From assembly GCF_021028975.2 (NCBI RefSeq), contig NC_059429.1, forward strand, positions 77,066,001 through 77,130,000: 64,000 nucleotides of DNA, in the 5' to 3' direction. The stretch's first letter is position 1. Each line of letters starts with the position of its first letter. A program made the translations under genes and the position numbers. Source of the stretch: Sphaerodactylus townsendi (taxonomy: Eukaryota). Below the pieces are notes generated by a model. The model was not told the DNA's origin. It made no database searches and saw nothing but the letters and a program-made list of their open reading frames with translations. This document shows positions 47,601 through 59,946 of the stretch, one piece after another.

Positions 47601-50600
47601 AATCCTGATGAACGATCTTGCAATTCTTGAGGTGTTTATGAGAAGATCACCAGACTATCAGCTTTGGCTACTGGTGTCAATGAAATATGAAGTGTTAAGA
47701 AGAGAAGAGTTTGGATTTATATCCCCCCTTTCTCTCCTGTAGGAGACTCAAAGGGGCTTACAATCTCCTTGCCCTTCCGCCCTCACAACACCCTGTGAGG
47801 TAGCTGGGGCTGAGAGAGCTCCGAGTAGCTGTGACTAGCCCAAGGTCACCCAGCTGGCATGTGTGTGAGTGTACAGGCTAATCTGAATTCCCCAGATAAG
47901 CCTCCACAGCTCAGGCAGCAGAGCTGGGAATCAAACCTGGTTCCTCCAGATTAGATACACGAGCTCTTAACTTCCTACGCCACTGCTGCTCCTGTTAAGG
48001 TCATAAGTGGGTGGTTTCCTAGTCAAATTAAAAGATTAAATTATGAATCCCAAGAAAAATCAGTGATTTGGAAGTCACTATCATAAAGGGTGAGTTAGTT
48101 TTAATGTGGCATAAAAATTGAGTTTGTTTAAAAATCACCTGTGTCTTTTAAGTTGTGGTAGTTTTCTCCACACCAATTAAAGTAATTGTTGGTTCTCCTT
48201 GATTTTACTGTCAAAACACTTAAGGAGATGCTTCTGGATATTTAATACATTCAAAATTATTCCAAGTAGCCTTTTCCCCTAAAGCGTTAATTTGCTTGGG
48301 GAAAATTTGAATATTATGAAAAGGCAGAAGTTTTAGAGTCATGTTCTTTTCATGAGCATTGTTATCAACCTTTAAGAGTTACAACTGAGCATTTTCACAT
48401 GCATTTTATAGTTCCTGTATAATATGACACACACTTAAATAAAGAAAAGCAGGTGCCAATGTTTTAACAATTTTGTAAAGATTTTGTTTGACTGCAGATT
48501 AATCCCCCCCCCCCCCCCATCTTTTCAGGAATAACAGAGACGGTCTGCCTACTGCTTTCCGGCTGGATTGCAGATCAGAACTGGACTAAGAAGTATCATT
48601 ACCACAAGGCATACCTCATTCTTTGTGGTGTCACTAACCTGCTGGGTCCTCTAGCCACAACCTTCCCAGTGCTAATGACCTACGCTGTGGTCTTTGCCAT
48701 TTTCAGTGGTGGTTACTTGGCCCTGTTGCTTCCTGTATTGGTAAGTAGAAAAAAATCATTAGGCAAACACTGAGTCCGCACTTTACACATCCAAAAGATA
48801 ATCTGTACAATACACACAATTTTCTGATGAATGTTGCAAAATTGTAGGGACACAACATATTCCAAATGGGCGGCAATTTGTCAGCATGCCATGCTTTAGC
48901 TATACCACACAAAAAAAGCAGGAGGTAATAAATATTTGTTTCTTCAACAGGTGGATCTTGTAGGTGCCCCAAGCTTCCATAGTGCTTTGGGACTCTCTTC
49001 ATTCATTGCTGGTTTTGGGGTCATCGCTGGTCCTCCCATTGCAGGTATCAGAAGCACAAAAATAAAACAAAAAACTTGATTCCCTTAATGTCACCCTGCC
49101 AAAAACAAACTGAGCAAAATGGAAGGCATCTCACTTTGTACTTTATTTGTTTTTAAATGCAAGGAGCTGTGATCTGATAGATTTATGGGCTTTCAGTCAT
49201 TTAAAAAGGAACAATCAGCACAAAAAGGATATTTTAGCCCTGATAAGAAAACTTTCAGCCCTGCTGCATGTTCTTTTTCCTTACTTCTGTTCTATGGCAG
49301 ATATATTCTTCTGGGGAGAAAAAAAACGTAGAAAGTAACAAAGAACTTCATCCAACTTATACAAACAGTCTAACAGAAGCAATCGCAACTATGCATCATA
49401 ACCTGTGCAATATATCAATATTGCCTATTATAACAAGTCATCACTATGGCCCTTTCCGCACGGGCGGGAAAGAGTGCCCCAGGGAAGCTAAAAACAGCGT
49501 CCCTGGGGAGGAGTTCACACAGCCTCGCAACCCAAGCAGCGTGAAGACGCTGCTTCTGAACCTCACTCCCTGAGCGAGGTTTTTTGGAAGCAGCATCTTC
49601 CAACTGCTGCTGTGCAAACAGCGGCGGCTGGAAGGCGCATCCCCACCCCGCACGCCTACCTCGTCTCCTGGCTTCTGGCTCGTCGCAGAGGCCAGGGGAC
49701 ACGCCCCCCTGGGCTGCGACTCCAGAGCTGTCGCTCCAGCCTGCGGGGGTGGGGGTGTCCCCTGGCCTCTGCAACACACCGGAAGCCAGAAGACAAGGGA
49801 CAGCATTCAGGGACAGCGCTGCCTGCGCGAAGGCTGCGCCGCCGCCTGCCGCCCTCCCGGGACCGTCCGTGCGAACGGTCCTGGGGGTGTGTGAATCGGC
49901 ATTGTTTATGCCGACGCACCCCCACACCATTGCCGTGCGGAAAGGGCCTATGTGTCTTCTCTTCTCCATCTAACTATTATGTTCTGTGTGCATACCTCTG
50001 TCTGCTTTGGAATTTCACTTTGAATTTCTTAGTAACGGAAGTATTCTACCTAGTTGTTGCCACACTAGGGCCTTGTTGTTTCTCATTACTACTATTATTA
50101 TAGTTTGAGCCTGCTCAGCCCCACATGAGGGACTTATTCCCCATAAAGCAAGAAATATGTAGCACATAATCAACACCCCAGCAAAATGAAAGCACATACC
50201 TGATTGTCAAGCAAGCTGCATCCAACGAAAAACGTTGACAAAGATTATACTGTGAAAAAGAAATCAAAGATCATTAATGCTCTGGGTAATGGTCTCAGTG
50301 CTACTGAAAAGTACTCTCTGGAAGGGACTGGTATTTTTTTCCCGATACATACCTTGCCCTTTGTGGTTAAGGATCGCCAATGCGTCGAGGAGACCCTGCT
50401 TGGTGTGGTTCAACCAACAATGCTAAGCAAACACTAAAGATAGGGCCTTCTCTGCATTGGCACCTAGGCTATGGAACTCTTTTCCTAAAGACTCACCATT
50501 GCACCAAAACTGCACGTTTTGAAACACCTGGCAACATTTGTCTTCCCAAGCCTTTTATAATTCTGCTTCTTTGGGAGTTTAACTGAGCTTTCCTGAGCGC

Positions 50601-53600
50601 TTATCAGTGTATATTTTACAGCCTGAAAATGTTTGAATTTTTACACTGCTATTGTTCTTTAGTGCTGGTTTGGTTTGTATTTGTTTTACTTTACAAGTGG
50701 CTTTGTAATCATGGCTTTATGGTTTGTGTTTGATTCTTTTTAAGTCTGTTGTCTGCCAATATGGCTTTATTATGTTAGTCTATTTTTGAAATTTTCAGTC
50801 TTCCCATTATGATGCCAAATTATGTTGTAAGCTACTCATCCTTCACTACAGCTCCGAACTATTTTCCAAAGACATAAATGTCCAAAAATGCCATGTTTAC
50901 ATGTACATAGCTAATTCATGAACAGGCCAGCTAGACAGCTAGAGCTGCTGTTTCTCAATGAATAGATGATACAGTGGGATTTAGATTTGTTTGAAACTGG
51001 GAAATATTTTTGGAGAAACTAAGCCAGGGGGTTGGGGGCGGGAAAGAGAATAGACAGGACTGTTTTTACGCTGCCAGAAGCAAACATTGAGAAAAACCTG
51101 GTTTGGAATATCAGAGAGCCAGTGTGGTGTAGTGGTTAAGAGGAGGTGGACTCTAAACTGGAGAATCAGGTTTGTTCCCCACTCTTCCAAATGAGCGGCG
51201 AACTCTTATCTGGTGAACCAGATTTGCATCCGCGTTCCTACATTCCAGCTGGGTGACCTTGGGCTAGTCAGTTTGTTCAGAACTCTCTCAGCCCCACCTA
51301 CCTCACAAGGTGTCTGTTGTGCGGAAAGGAAGGGAAAGGAGTTTGTAAGCCCCTTTGAGTATCCTTACAGGAAAGAAAGGTGGAGTATAAATCCAAACTC
51401 TTCTTCTTCATCCATAGCAAGGAACAATCCATTATCTCAAACAGAAATAAAGATAGAAGTTGGTAATAAGAAGTTGGTAATGCAAAGATAATGGAGAAGT
51501 ATCATTGCAAAAATTACATGAAAAACGATGTATAGACTCTAGGAGCAAATATCTAGCTTTGTGTTCGGCTAATGCTACAAACCTCAAGACCATGAGAGGC
51601 AATCTATGATTTTAAGAGAAAACAAATTTAGAACCCACAAGGAATCACAAGGGAAGGAGAATAAATCGTCTGAAAATTCCCAATCTCCCCCTTCCATGGC
51701 GCTTGAGTAGGCTGCCCCTGACTTCTCTGCTGTTCTCTACATTCCATCCCTTTTGGTACATTTTCAATCCTCACTGGGCTGCTTATTGAATTTTCCCCCT
51801 TTTTATTTGATTTACAAAGTTATACTTTTCTACTTACCTGGGTAGTCCTTTAAGTATGTAGAGACTCTTACTTTGCCTGTGGAGCCTGATTTTGCTGCTT
51901 TCTTCATCAGTTATGTATAGAGATACAATGAAATCAGAATCATAAAGGAATAATAATAATCAATGGGGAGCAATTATTTATCCCTGTATAAAAAGTTACA
52001 GAAAGTAAAGTGATGGTGGTGTCGCGTATATTTTCCCTGGCCAAAACCAACAGTGATCTTGAGATGGGAAAAAAGTTAATAAGTCAACCAAAAGAAAACA
52101 TGTAATGATGGGTTACTTCGGTTATTTTCTTGCCAAGTAGCGCAAGTTACGATGTAGTTTTCCAGACATGAAAACATTTGTAGCATCAGACAGAAAATCA
52201 AGACAACCCTTCATTTAATGCAGAACAGCCCCTATGTATCCAGCAGCCTAGAAACAGTGACCACAACATTATCACATTGAACACAAGCTTAACTAGAAAT
52301 CGCTAAGAAAGTTTACCACAGCCTCCTTAATCTTCAGAAGAAACTTATATAAGCTATTTGAACTTTCATCATTCATACTTGTAAGGATTTCAGTTTTCAG
52401 GTGATGCTCTCCCAAACTATTCTCTCATTTTATTGTCGAAGGCTTTCACGGCCGGATTCAACTGGTTGTTGTGGGTTTTCCGGGCTGTGTGGCCATGGTC
52501 TGGTAGATCTTGCTCCTAATGCAGGTGAAACGTTAGAAACAAGATCTACCAGACCATGGCCCCACAGTCTGGAAAACCCACAACAACCAGTATTCTCTCA
52601 TTGTTTGGGAATATGGCTATGAGTATCGTTGAAAGTTACCAAATCTTTAAAATACTATGTCAAGTTACTGTAAACTCACACTGCAAAAAACCTAAAAACA
52701 GCTTCATTAGAAAAAATTAGAGAAAGATATTAAAATAAGGCATACAGTTTGGTGATAGCAGAATGCATAGAAAAATGACAAAGCTAACTTGCTGAGTACT
52801 TACTGAAGTCCTAACACAGGGTAGCTGATCCTTGAGATGTAAAGTTTCCAGAGTTTACAAACGCCTTTCTGGCAGCAAGGAGGAGGAAGGGGGAAAAGGG
52901 AAGAGAGACTATTCTTCTCACTAGCTACTCTTATGGATAACACTGGTCCTGGCCAGCATGGTGTAGCTGTTAAGGGCAGTTGAGATCTAATCCGAAGAAC
53001 CAGGTTTGTTTCCCCACTCCTACACATGAAGCCTGCTAGGTGATCTTGGGCTAGTCATAGTTCTCTCAGAACTCTCTCAGCCCCACCTACCTCACAAAGT
53101 GTCTGCTGTGAGGAAAAGAAGGGAAGGAGTTTGTGAGCCACTTTGAGACTACTTACAGGAGAGAAAAGTGGTTATAAATCCAAACCCCTCACCTTCTGAT
53201 CCCCCTCAACCAATCATGGCTATCTTCACAGAGGCTTCTGGAGTATAAGTTAACTTCCCCCTCCAGAGTGAAATTCTCAGCTGAAGTACGTGTTCCAATT
53301 AAGCCTGCCTGGGAACAGGTCCTTGAGAGACTTGTGTGGGGGAGGGCACTCTGCACTTGCAAGAGGGAAAAACTAGTTCAGGCTGGAAAATTCCTTCAAG
53401 ATGGATATCCTCTTTATTGATTTCAGGGGTGTCCAACTCTGGCGCATTAGATGTTCATGGACAACAATTCCCATCAGCCCAATTGGCCATGCCAGCAGGG
53501 GCTGATGGGAATTGTAGTCCTTGAACATCTGAAGCACCAGAGTTGGACACCCATTTTATTTATTTGTGTACTTTTTTTCTGCCCATCATTCAAGTCCCTG

Positions 53601-55914
53601 GGCAGGATTTTGATAAGTTGCTGTGAATATAGCTCATTAAATCTTCATTCTGTGAAGGCTAGCACTTGTGCTTTGGATCCTTGGCCATCCTGGTTGCTGA
53701 AATCATGAAAGGGCATATGAGTCATTGATGTCTATCATAAATTAATCACTAACTCCCTGGTTGAAACAGCAGTGGTGAACCAACTCCCCGGCCTTTTAGA
53801 GAACACTTTGGACCCTTCTCAGGCTGGGCTATGAGATAGACGGGGTGCTGGTGGCTTTAACTAATGATAGCCATCAGAACGTAGGCAAAGGCCTACATTT
53901 GGCAAATCCTTTATGTCTGCATTTATCTGCTGCTTTTGATACAGTAGACCTGCTACCTTGTTGAAATGCTGGGAGGCAGAAGGTATCAGGGGATGTTCTT
54001 TGGCTTGGTTTACATTATTCCTTAGGGACCAGACTCAAAGGGTTGCTGTTGGAGACCAGTTATCTGTGTGTGATTCCACAGGGTGCAGCCTTGTTATTCA
54101 ATCTCTCTTGTAAAGCCCTTAGCAGAAATCATTTGTAGTTTTGGAATTGGATACCATTACTGTGACACCCAACTCTGTATCTCCTGGGAATACAGCGGAG
54201 GTCCAGATCCACTGCCTGATTCTGTGGTTCAATGGCTGAGAGAATTTGAAACTGAACCCAGACAAGACAGAGGTAATACTGGTAGAGAAGCCTGATGTCT
54301 TGAAGGACATTGTGCTTCCCATTTTGGATGGGGTTTGGTTGACCCTTGCTGACTAACCGAAGGACACAGAGATAATACTGGAGCCATCATTACATCTGGA
54401 GAACCAATTTAATGCAGCTGCAAAACAAAACAGCTTTCTCCACCTTAGTTTAGCTTGGAAGATGGCCCCCAGCCTTGACTCAGCTGATTCGGCCTCCTGG
54501 ATCCACACCTCAATAGCACTGAGACTAGACTTGTATGATGCATGCTATACAAGCCTCCCCTTGAAACCACTCTGGCAACTCTGATTAGTGCAGAATGCTG
54601 CAGCTTGGGGATCATCAAGAACTGGGCAGAGTGTGCATATTACACGCATTCTGCAATCATGTCATTGGCAGCCCATCAGCTACCCAGTTCAAGTTACTGA
54701 TCATCACATACAAAGCACTTCATGGCCCTAAACCTTCAAAACTGCAGGATCGCCTCTCCTCCTATGTCCCACAACAATTTCACTTATCTGAACAGGGCTT
54801 TGTACAGCTGCCTCCCTGCAAATGGGCATCATGGAATGGTCTGCATGATGAAATCAGGAAGGCTCCCGCACTTTCACATTTCTGCATTATAACAGAATGA
54901 CTCAGTAAGCCATTTTGATAGAGAAAACAGGACAGCAGACTATACTAATGTGAATTAGTTACTGAATGTTTTTATTGTGCTGTTACTGCATTATATTGCT
55001 ACTTATGTAACATCATTGCTTGAACTGATTAAGAGGTTTAAACATGTGTGTTTTCAGAGTTCTGCAGTCCTAGTCCTACTACATTATTGATTAGATGCCT
55101 TTTCATCCCAGTGATTGCACTGACTTATATAATCTGCCTTGAGTCTGAGTAGCAAAAGTGGATTATAACAAACATCTTAAAAATGACCGTTTGCCTCACA
55201 GCGTTATCTGCTTTTAAAATTATTAACAAATAATAGGTTCAATTCAGCCAGCATTTTCACTCAGTTTCACCCAATTCCCCAATTTATTATCACCCCCGTT
55301 GTTCATGGCTTTTCTACATGTAGATTTCACAATCCACAATGTAGATTTCTGGAGTTATCACACGGGATTGGGGGGTTTTTTTGCAACCAAACATCACCAT
55401 CTTTTATATATATATTTATATATGTATATATAAATGCCAGCTAAAAAGCTATGCAAATGAAATAAGATTTCTACCTAGCCCTTTTGAATAGTGAGATTTG
55501 GTTTTAGTTTAAAATACATGTCTAAGATCTTATGACCTTTCAGGTGATTTTTAACTGTATGCACTGTTAGTTGCTGAAAGGCAAACTACTCACATGTGAT
55601 TTAGGGAAACAACACTCTCAATCGTTTTCTGGTTCACTTGTATTAGGTCTGTAGCAATACTTGCCTTAGAAAAGGTGACAGTTAAAATATACTTAATGGA
55701 ATATTTTCTAAATATCAACGCGGTGGAACTCCAACTGCTTTAATAACTGAACTCTGATGTGATTCTTACAGGTTGGCTGTATGATTACACTCAGACGTAC
55801 GCCTGCTCCTTCATTCTTGCTGGAATCTGTTTCCTTGTTTCTCCAATTTCACTCTTCTTTGAGCCTCTAGCCCAAAAATGGAGGCAACAGAAGGAACCTG
55901 AACTGGATACTTAA
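41520..55914 (+). CDS. SLC16A4: monocarboxylate transporter 5 (MCT5), 8 coding exons; reading frame interrupted in exon 5
   Basis: Exons 41520-41657, 43443-43575, 44032-44175, 44882-45043, 45600-46185, 48529-48740, 48951-49044, 55772-55914. Motifs [60 protein letters not shown]. Start ATG uncertain (41520/41553/41571). Exon 5 length of 586 breaks the frame. Confidence 0.93.
43443..43575 (+). CDS. SLC16A4: SLC16A4 coding exon 2
   Basis: [20 protein letters not shown]...[15 protein letters not shown], 133 nt. Confidence 0.93.
44032..44175 (+). CDS. SLC16A4: SLC16A4 coding exon 3
   Basis: [19 protein letters not shown]...[10 protein letters not shown], 144 nt. Confidence 0.93.
44882..45043 (+). 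CDS. SLC16A4: SLC16A4 coding exon 4
   Basis: [34 protein letters not shown]..., 162 nt. Confidence 0.95.
45600..46185 (+). CDS. SLC16A4: SLC16A4 coding exon 5 (frame disrupted ~45850-45910)
   Basis: The 5' part ([12 protein letters not shown]) and 3' part ([11 protein letters not shown]...IISVA) lie in different frames. Confidence 0.85.
46388..46522. mobile_element. short GC-rich hAT-type MITE
   Basis: CAGTGGCGTAGC...GCTCCGGCCCTG; partial 8-bp flank similarity. Confidence 0.5.
47700..47992 (-). mobile_element. Squam3-type SINE
   Basis: Reverse complement of the 13933-14246 family; TSD TGTTAAG (47693-47699, 47993-47999). Confidence 0.9.
48529..48740 (+). CDS. SLC16A4: SLC16A4 coding exon 6
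   Basis: [33 protein letters not shown]...[11 protein letters not shown], 212 nt. Confidence 0.95.
48951..49044 (+). CDS. SLC16A4: SLC16A4 coding exon 7
   Basis: [31 protein letters not shown], 94 nt. Confidence 0.95.
49448..49948. mobile_element. 501-bp GC-rich Harbinger-type MITE
   Basis: TIR GGCCCTTTCCGCACGG...CCGTGCGGAAAGGGCC, TSD TAT, internal palindrome GCCAGGGGACAC/GTGTCCCCTGGC. Confidence 0.85.
51114..51409 (+). mobile_element. Squam3-type SINE
   Basis: GAGAGCCAGTGTGGTGTAGTGGTTAAGAG head, (TCT)n tail. Confidence 0.88.
52430..52590. mobile_element. Penelope-like hairpin insertion
   Basis: ~55-bp inverted arms; 12-bp TSD TATTCTCTCATT (52418-52429, 52591-52602). Confidence 0.8.
52951..53197 (+). 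mobile_element. Squam3-type SINE
   Basis: Head and body match the other copies. Confidence 0.8.
53424..53554. mobile_element. palindromic hAT-type MITE
   Basis: GGGTGTCCAACTCTGG...CCAGAGTTGGACACCC; inner aattcccatcagccc/gggctgatgggaatt. Confidence 0.8.
53760..55170 (+). mobile_element. degraded L2 LINE (RT to 3' end)
   Basis: LSAAFDTVD-like (ttatctgctgcttttgatacagtagacc), LKLNPDKTE-like and TYKALHG..LQDRLS segments. Confidence 0.8.
55772..55914 (+). CDS. SLC16A4: SLC16A4 coding exon 8
   Basis: [20 protein letters not shown]...EPELDT*; AATAAA at 56004-56009. Confidence 0.95.
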
Positions 55915-56282
55915 GCAGGCAAAGTTCTTCACCAATGGGAAAAAGTTAATTTTTGTTGAGATTATAGTTAATTTTATTGACTTGTTCATTATGGAAAAAA
56001 AGAAATAAATCAAAGAATTTTTACCTAACCAGACACCTTTCTGAAACTGTTGTCTTGGCACCTCAGCATAAAAATAATCTATGCTTCAAAGTGAAACAAT
56101 TCTGTTCCTAAACAGATACCTGGAACTCAAGGCTGAGGACTCCAACCCACCCCCAGCTACCTTGTCTGTCAGCAGCCTCAATATGCTATTTCAGTACTTT
56201 CAAAGGACAACCAGTTTACTCTGACACATAAACCATATACCCCCTTAAATCCTGAGATATGCTTGATTTTGTTGTCCAAAAC

Positions 56283-57823
56283 CAGGGACATAGATATAAA
56301 TTTTTTATGGGAGGGGGGTTCGGGGGGGGGGCATCCCCACCCACCCCTAGGGCATGGCCACACCTCCCCAAGTCCCGCCCCCAGCCTTGCGCTTATAAAA
56401 GCAGCTCTCCAAGGCCGGGGACGGCAGACTTCCCTGCCCTCCCCTGGCCCCCACCAGCTGGGCTCCCAGCCGGCAGCTGGCAGTTCCTTCTGCCCTCCCC
56501 TCTGGGAAGAGGCATAGAGGGAAAATGGAGCCTGGTGCAAAATCTGAGCCCCCCCATCCCCGGCAGCCGCTGTGATGCTGGAATCCACCCCCAAACAGCA
56601 TCACTTTCAATGGTGTTTAAACTAGAGAGCCCAAATTCTCCTTTTAAATCCACCTTAAAGGGAGAATCTGGGGTCCCCAGTCAAACAACATTGAAAGTGA
56701 TGCTGTTTTGGGGTGGATTATCCCCCACCCTGAAACAGCATCACTTTCAATGCGGCAAAGTGGTTAAGAGCAGGTGCATTCTAATTTGGAGGAACTGGGT
56801 TTGATTCCCTTTGCTCTAGTTTCCGCTTGAGAGCTGTGGGAGGCTTATCTGGAGGTCAGATTCTAGACTAGCCTGTGCACTCCCACACGCCTGCGGGTGA
56901 CCACACCATTGAGCTGGGTGAGTCTAGTCACAGCTTTTCAGAGCTTCTCTCTCAATGACCCACCCACCTCACAGGGTGTTTGTTGTGAGGGAGGGACGGG
57001 CAACCTTGGGGAGATTGTAAAGCCCCCTTTGGAGTCTCCTACAGGAGAGAAAGGGGATATAAAACCAAACTCTTCTTCTTCTTCTAAACTGAGGACCTCA
57101 GATTCTCCCTTTAAATCCATGCCGAAGGGGGTGGATTTAAAAGGAGAATCCGGGGAAATTTCGGGGGGGATTGCCTCGCTGTCAGGGTGTGCAATGGTTT
57201 AAGCTAGAAGCACCAAACTTTCAGGGTATCTTTAGGAGATTCTCCTTCCTAATGATACCACTCCAGGCTTGCGGAAGTTTAGGCCCAGGGGTCCAAAAAG
57301 TTATGGACCCTCAAATGTGTAGCCCCATCTCCTATTACCTTCCATTGGAAACAATGGGGGCACCCCCTTTGGAAGTCCATAGCTTTGGACCTCCTGGATA
57401 AAACTTCACAAAACCTGGGTGGTATCAGTAAGAGACTCCTCCTGATGATACCTCCCAGGCTTGGTGGAATTTAGTTCATAGGTGTCCAAGTTCTGACGGA
57501 CCCTCAAAGGTGTAGCCCCCATCTTCTATTAGCTCCCATTGGAAACAATGGAGGATTTGTCACCCCTTTTGGGAATTCATAGCTTTGGACCCCCTGGACC
57601 AAACTTCACAAAATCTGGATGGTAAAATCAGGAGATTCCCCCCAAACAATCCCTGAAAGTTTGGTGCTGCTAGCCTAAACAATGCGCCCCCTGCAGGCCA
57701 AAAACCAAAAAACACTAAAATGTTTCTTTTAAAACTCCACAAATGCCAGTGTGGGCTGAGCCTTGGGATTGATGAATGGGGGGGGGGGTTGAACCCGAGA
57801 ACCCCCCCTTACCTACGTCCTTG
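56283..57823. mobile_element. modular hAT-like non-autonomous element with nested SINE
   Basis: TIR CAGGGACATAGATA...TACCTACGTCCTTG, 8-bp flanks TCCAAAAC/TCCAACAT, internal modules shared with 27531-28447. Confidence 0.7.
56751..57085 (+). mobile_element. Squam3-type SINE (indel-rich copy) nested in a DNA transposon
   Basis: gtggttaagagcaggtgc...ctcttcttcttct with many extra single bases. Confidence 0.8.
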
Positions 57824-58943
57824 TCCAACATAAGAACAACTAACTCACCTTTGAAGCCCCCAGCTCGGTATTTGGAAAGTAATGCCTGACACCATTTAAA
57901 GAGTAAACAGGAAGTCAGAAGAAGAAATGCTAGTGAGGAAGATGGAAGAAATGTATATTTCAAAGAAAGAAAATAAATCAATTACACTTTAAATGGTAAT
58001 CTGCCACATACAAAGCCACTCAGAACAGGATGGAAGGTCACTGCTAGCTCAAGTCATACAGCTTCCTAGAAGGAATTACACAAACTTAATAAGGCACAAC
58101 GCTTCCTATTTGATCAATATTTTTGTACATTGGTACTTCAGTTAATATGGGAAAGTCTGTAACCAGAGGCGTACAATCAGCTCTGAATAAACTACTTGGA
58201 AATGGATGCAACGTGCTCATATAGGAAATAAATAAATTTTCCATGGATGAATAAACTGTGCAAAAGCAAACAAAGCCAAAAAACCATATTAATCAGCATG
58301 TGACTTTTTATATCCTGCAGGGTGATTAACACAAACAAGCAGGGATAACTGGTGAACACAATCTCTTGTGTGTAATTCATCTCATAAAACTGGTATATAG
58401 CATCTGCCTATAGCTTGACGGAGGGTCCGGAGGTCGGAGGAGGTAACATGCATGTTGTCCCTCCAGAGCGCACGCATCCCCGCTTCTGCAATCTCCATTA
58501 GTCAGCCATCCCCTCTGCCCACGTGGCAGAGGCAAGTGGGTTTCGCTGCATGGCCGCCATCCTCCGCTCTGGCCCTATGACAGCGAGGTGACTGTCTGCT
58601 CCATCGGATAGAGGGGTTTTCCACCTGCCTGCCTCCAGCCCAGGAAAGCGAAAGGGAGTGGAGGGAGTCGAACTGGGAGGTATCTTCGTGATCTTCGGGC
58701 TGTGAAAACCGGTCCAGCCTCTTGGCTCTCTTGGATGCGAGAAAGGTTGCTGACCCCTGTGATAGAATCATATGTGGAATCTCCTGTAGGAAGAGTTATC
58801 CCAAGCTCATTTACAGGACATTTATTTAATTACTGATATTACTTCAAATAGAAGCCTATCAATTCTCCCTATTTTCTATGCTGAACAGCAAATTTTCCCA
58901 CAAGTACAGAAGACGCCGATTTGCCAATATCTGCACTGGTTTC

Positions 58944-59144
58944 TTTTCCTTGATCATCAACTATTTCAAGCAGTTTGACTATTTATTCCCCTTAATATTG
59001 AAGCATAAAATTCTTCCAGTCAAATTTTCAAATTCTTCTGGTCAAAATTTCCTTGGCATAAAATTCTTCTGGTCAAATTTTCCTTGATCATCAACTATTT
59101 CAAGCAGTTTGACTATTTATTCCCTTTAACATTGAAGTATAAAA
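58944..59144. repeat. local tandem duplication (~67-bp unit, 134-bp offset) with templated filler
   Basis: ttttccttgatcatcaactatttcaagcagtttgactatttattccc.ttaa.attgaag.ataaaat occurs twice. Confidence 0.85.
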
Positions 59145-59946
59145 TGCATATCCATAAATAATGTGCAAGGTCTTGTATCTGTACCACACTGATAACTCAG
59201 TGAAGAGAGAACTTATCGTTTGGCATTTCCCAATAACATATGATTTTATCTTCAAAAAATTCAGGTTCTCTTGTTCTTTGTAATTCTGTCTCTGAGAGCT
59301 ATAGACATTGAACTCGATGCAGACTAATTTTTCCACTCATGCAATGTACTTCTGACTGGGGAGCAGAACATTCCTGCCTCCTCGCCTACCCCTATCTCCC
59401 AGAAATGCTGATCCTGGGAGATAAGAGACCTTTGGGAACAGCATGAGGCAAAACTGGGGGGCCTGAAGAGGGAATTGGTAAAAATTACTTTATCCCTCTC
59501 CTGTTAATGTAAAATTTAGTTTGGATCCAGCCCATAACACCCTGGGCTCTTAAATCCTACGCTTCTCTTCAAAGCCTTAGCCACTTTCTGGGGTTAAGTC
59601 TGTGCTACTGTTAATTATGGCTGATATTTAACCAGATCTCAAGTTTTGCACGACTGCATCCAATCCTGATTAAGAAGTAACCTCAGTTGGCTTTAAGGCA
59701 TTGTGAAGGATGGTACTAGACTTGCCATGCCCTTTTTGTAATTACAATTATTACCTGCCAATTCTCTAGCTAGATTTGATGACATGTTTTTGCTAAACTA
59801 TTGATGATGATAGGACATGAGAACTAGGGATCATAAGGGAGAATAAATAATTATGGAGAACAGTCTAACAAACATTGGGTACTGGTGACATATACTGGAG
59901 TTGATGTTTCTTAATACATGATCAACCTGGAGTTTGAGAAGTGGAC

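Noticed and set aside
51114-51185. tRNA genes at SINE heads
   Set aside because: A/B boxes continue into SINE bodies; no complete cloverleaf.
58415-58759. GC-rich block ending in AAAGGTTGCTGACCCCTG as a CpG-island promoter
   Set aside because: The end is a hAT-type TIR, so this is more likely a one-ended transposon remnant; the left boundary could not be defined.
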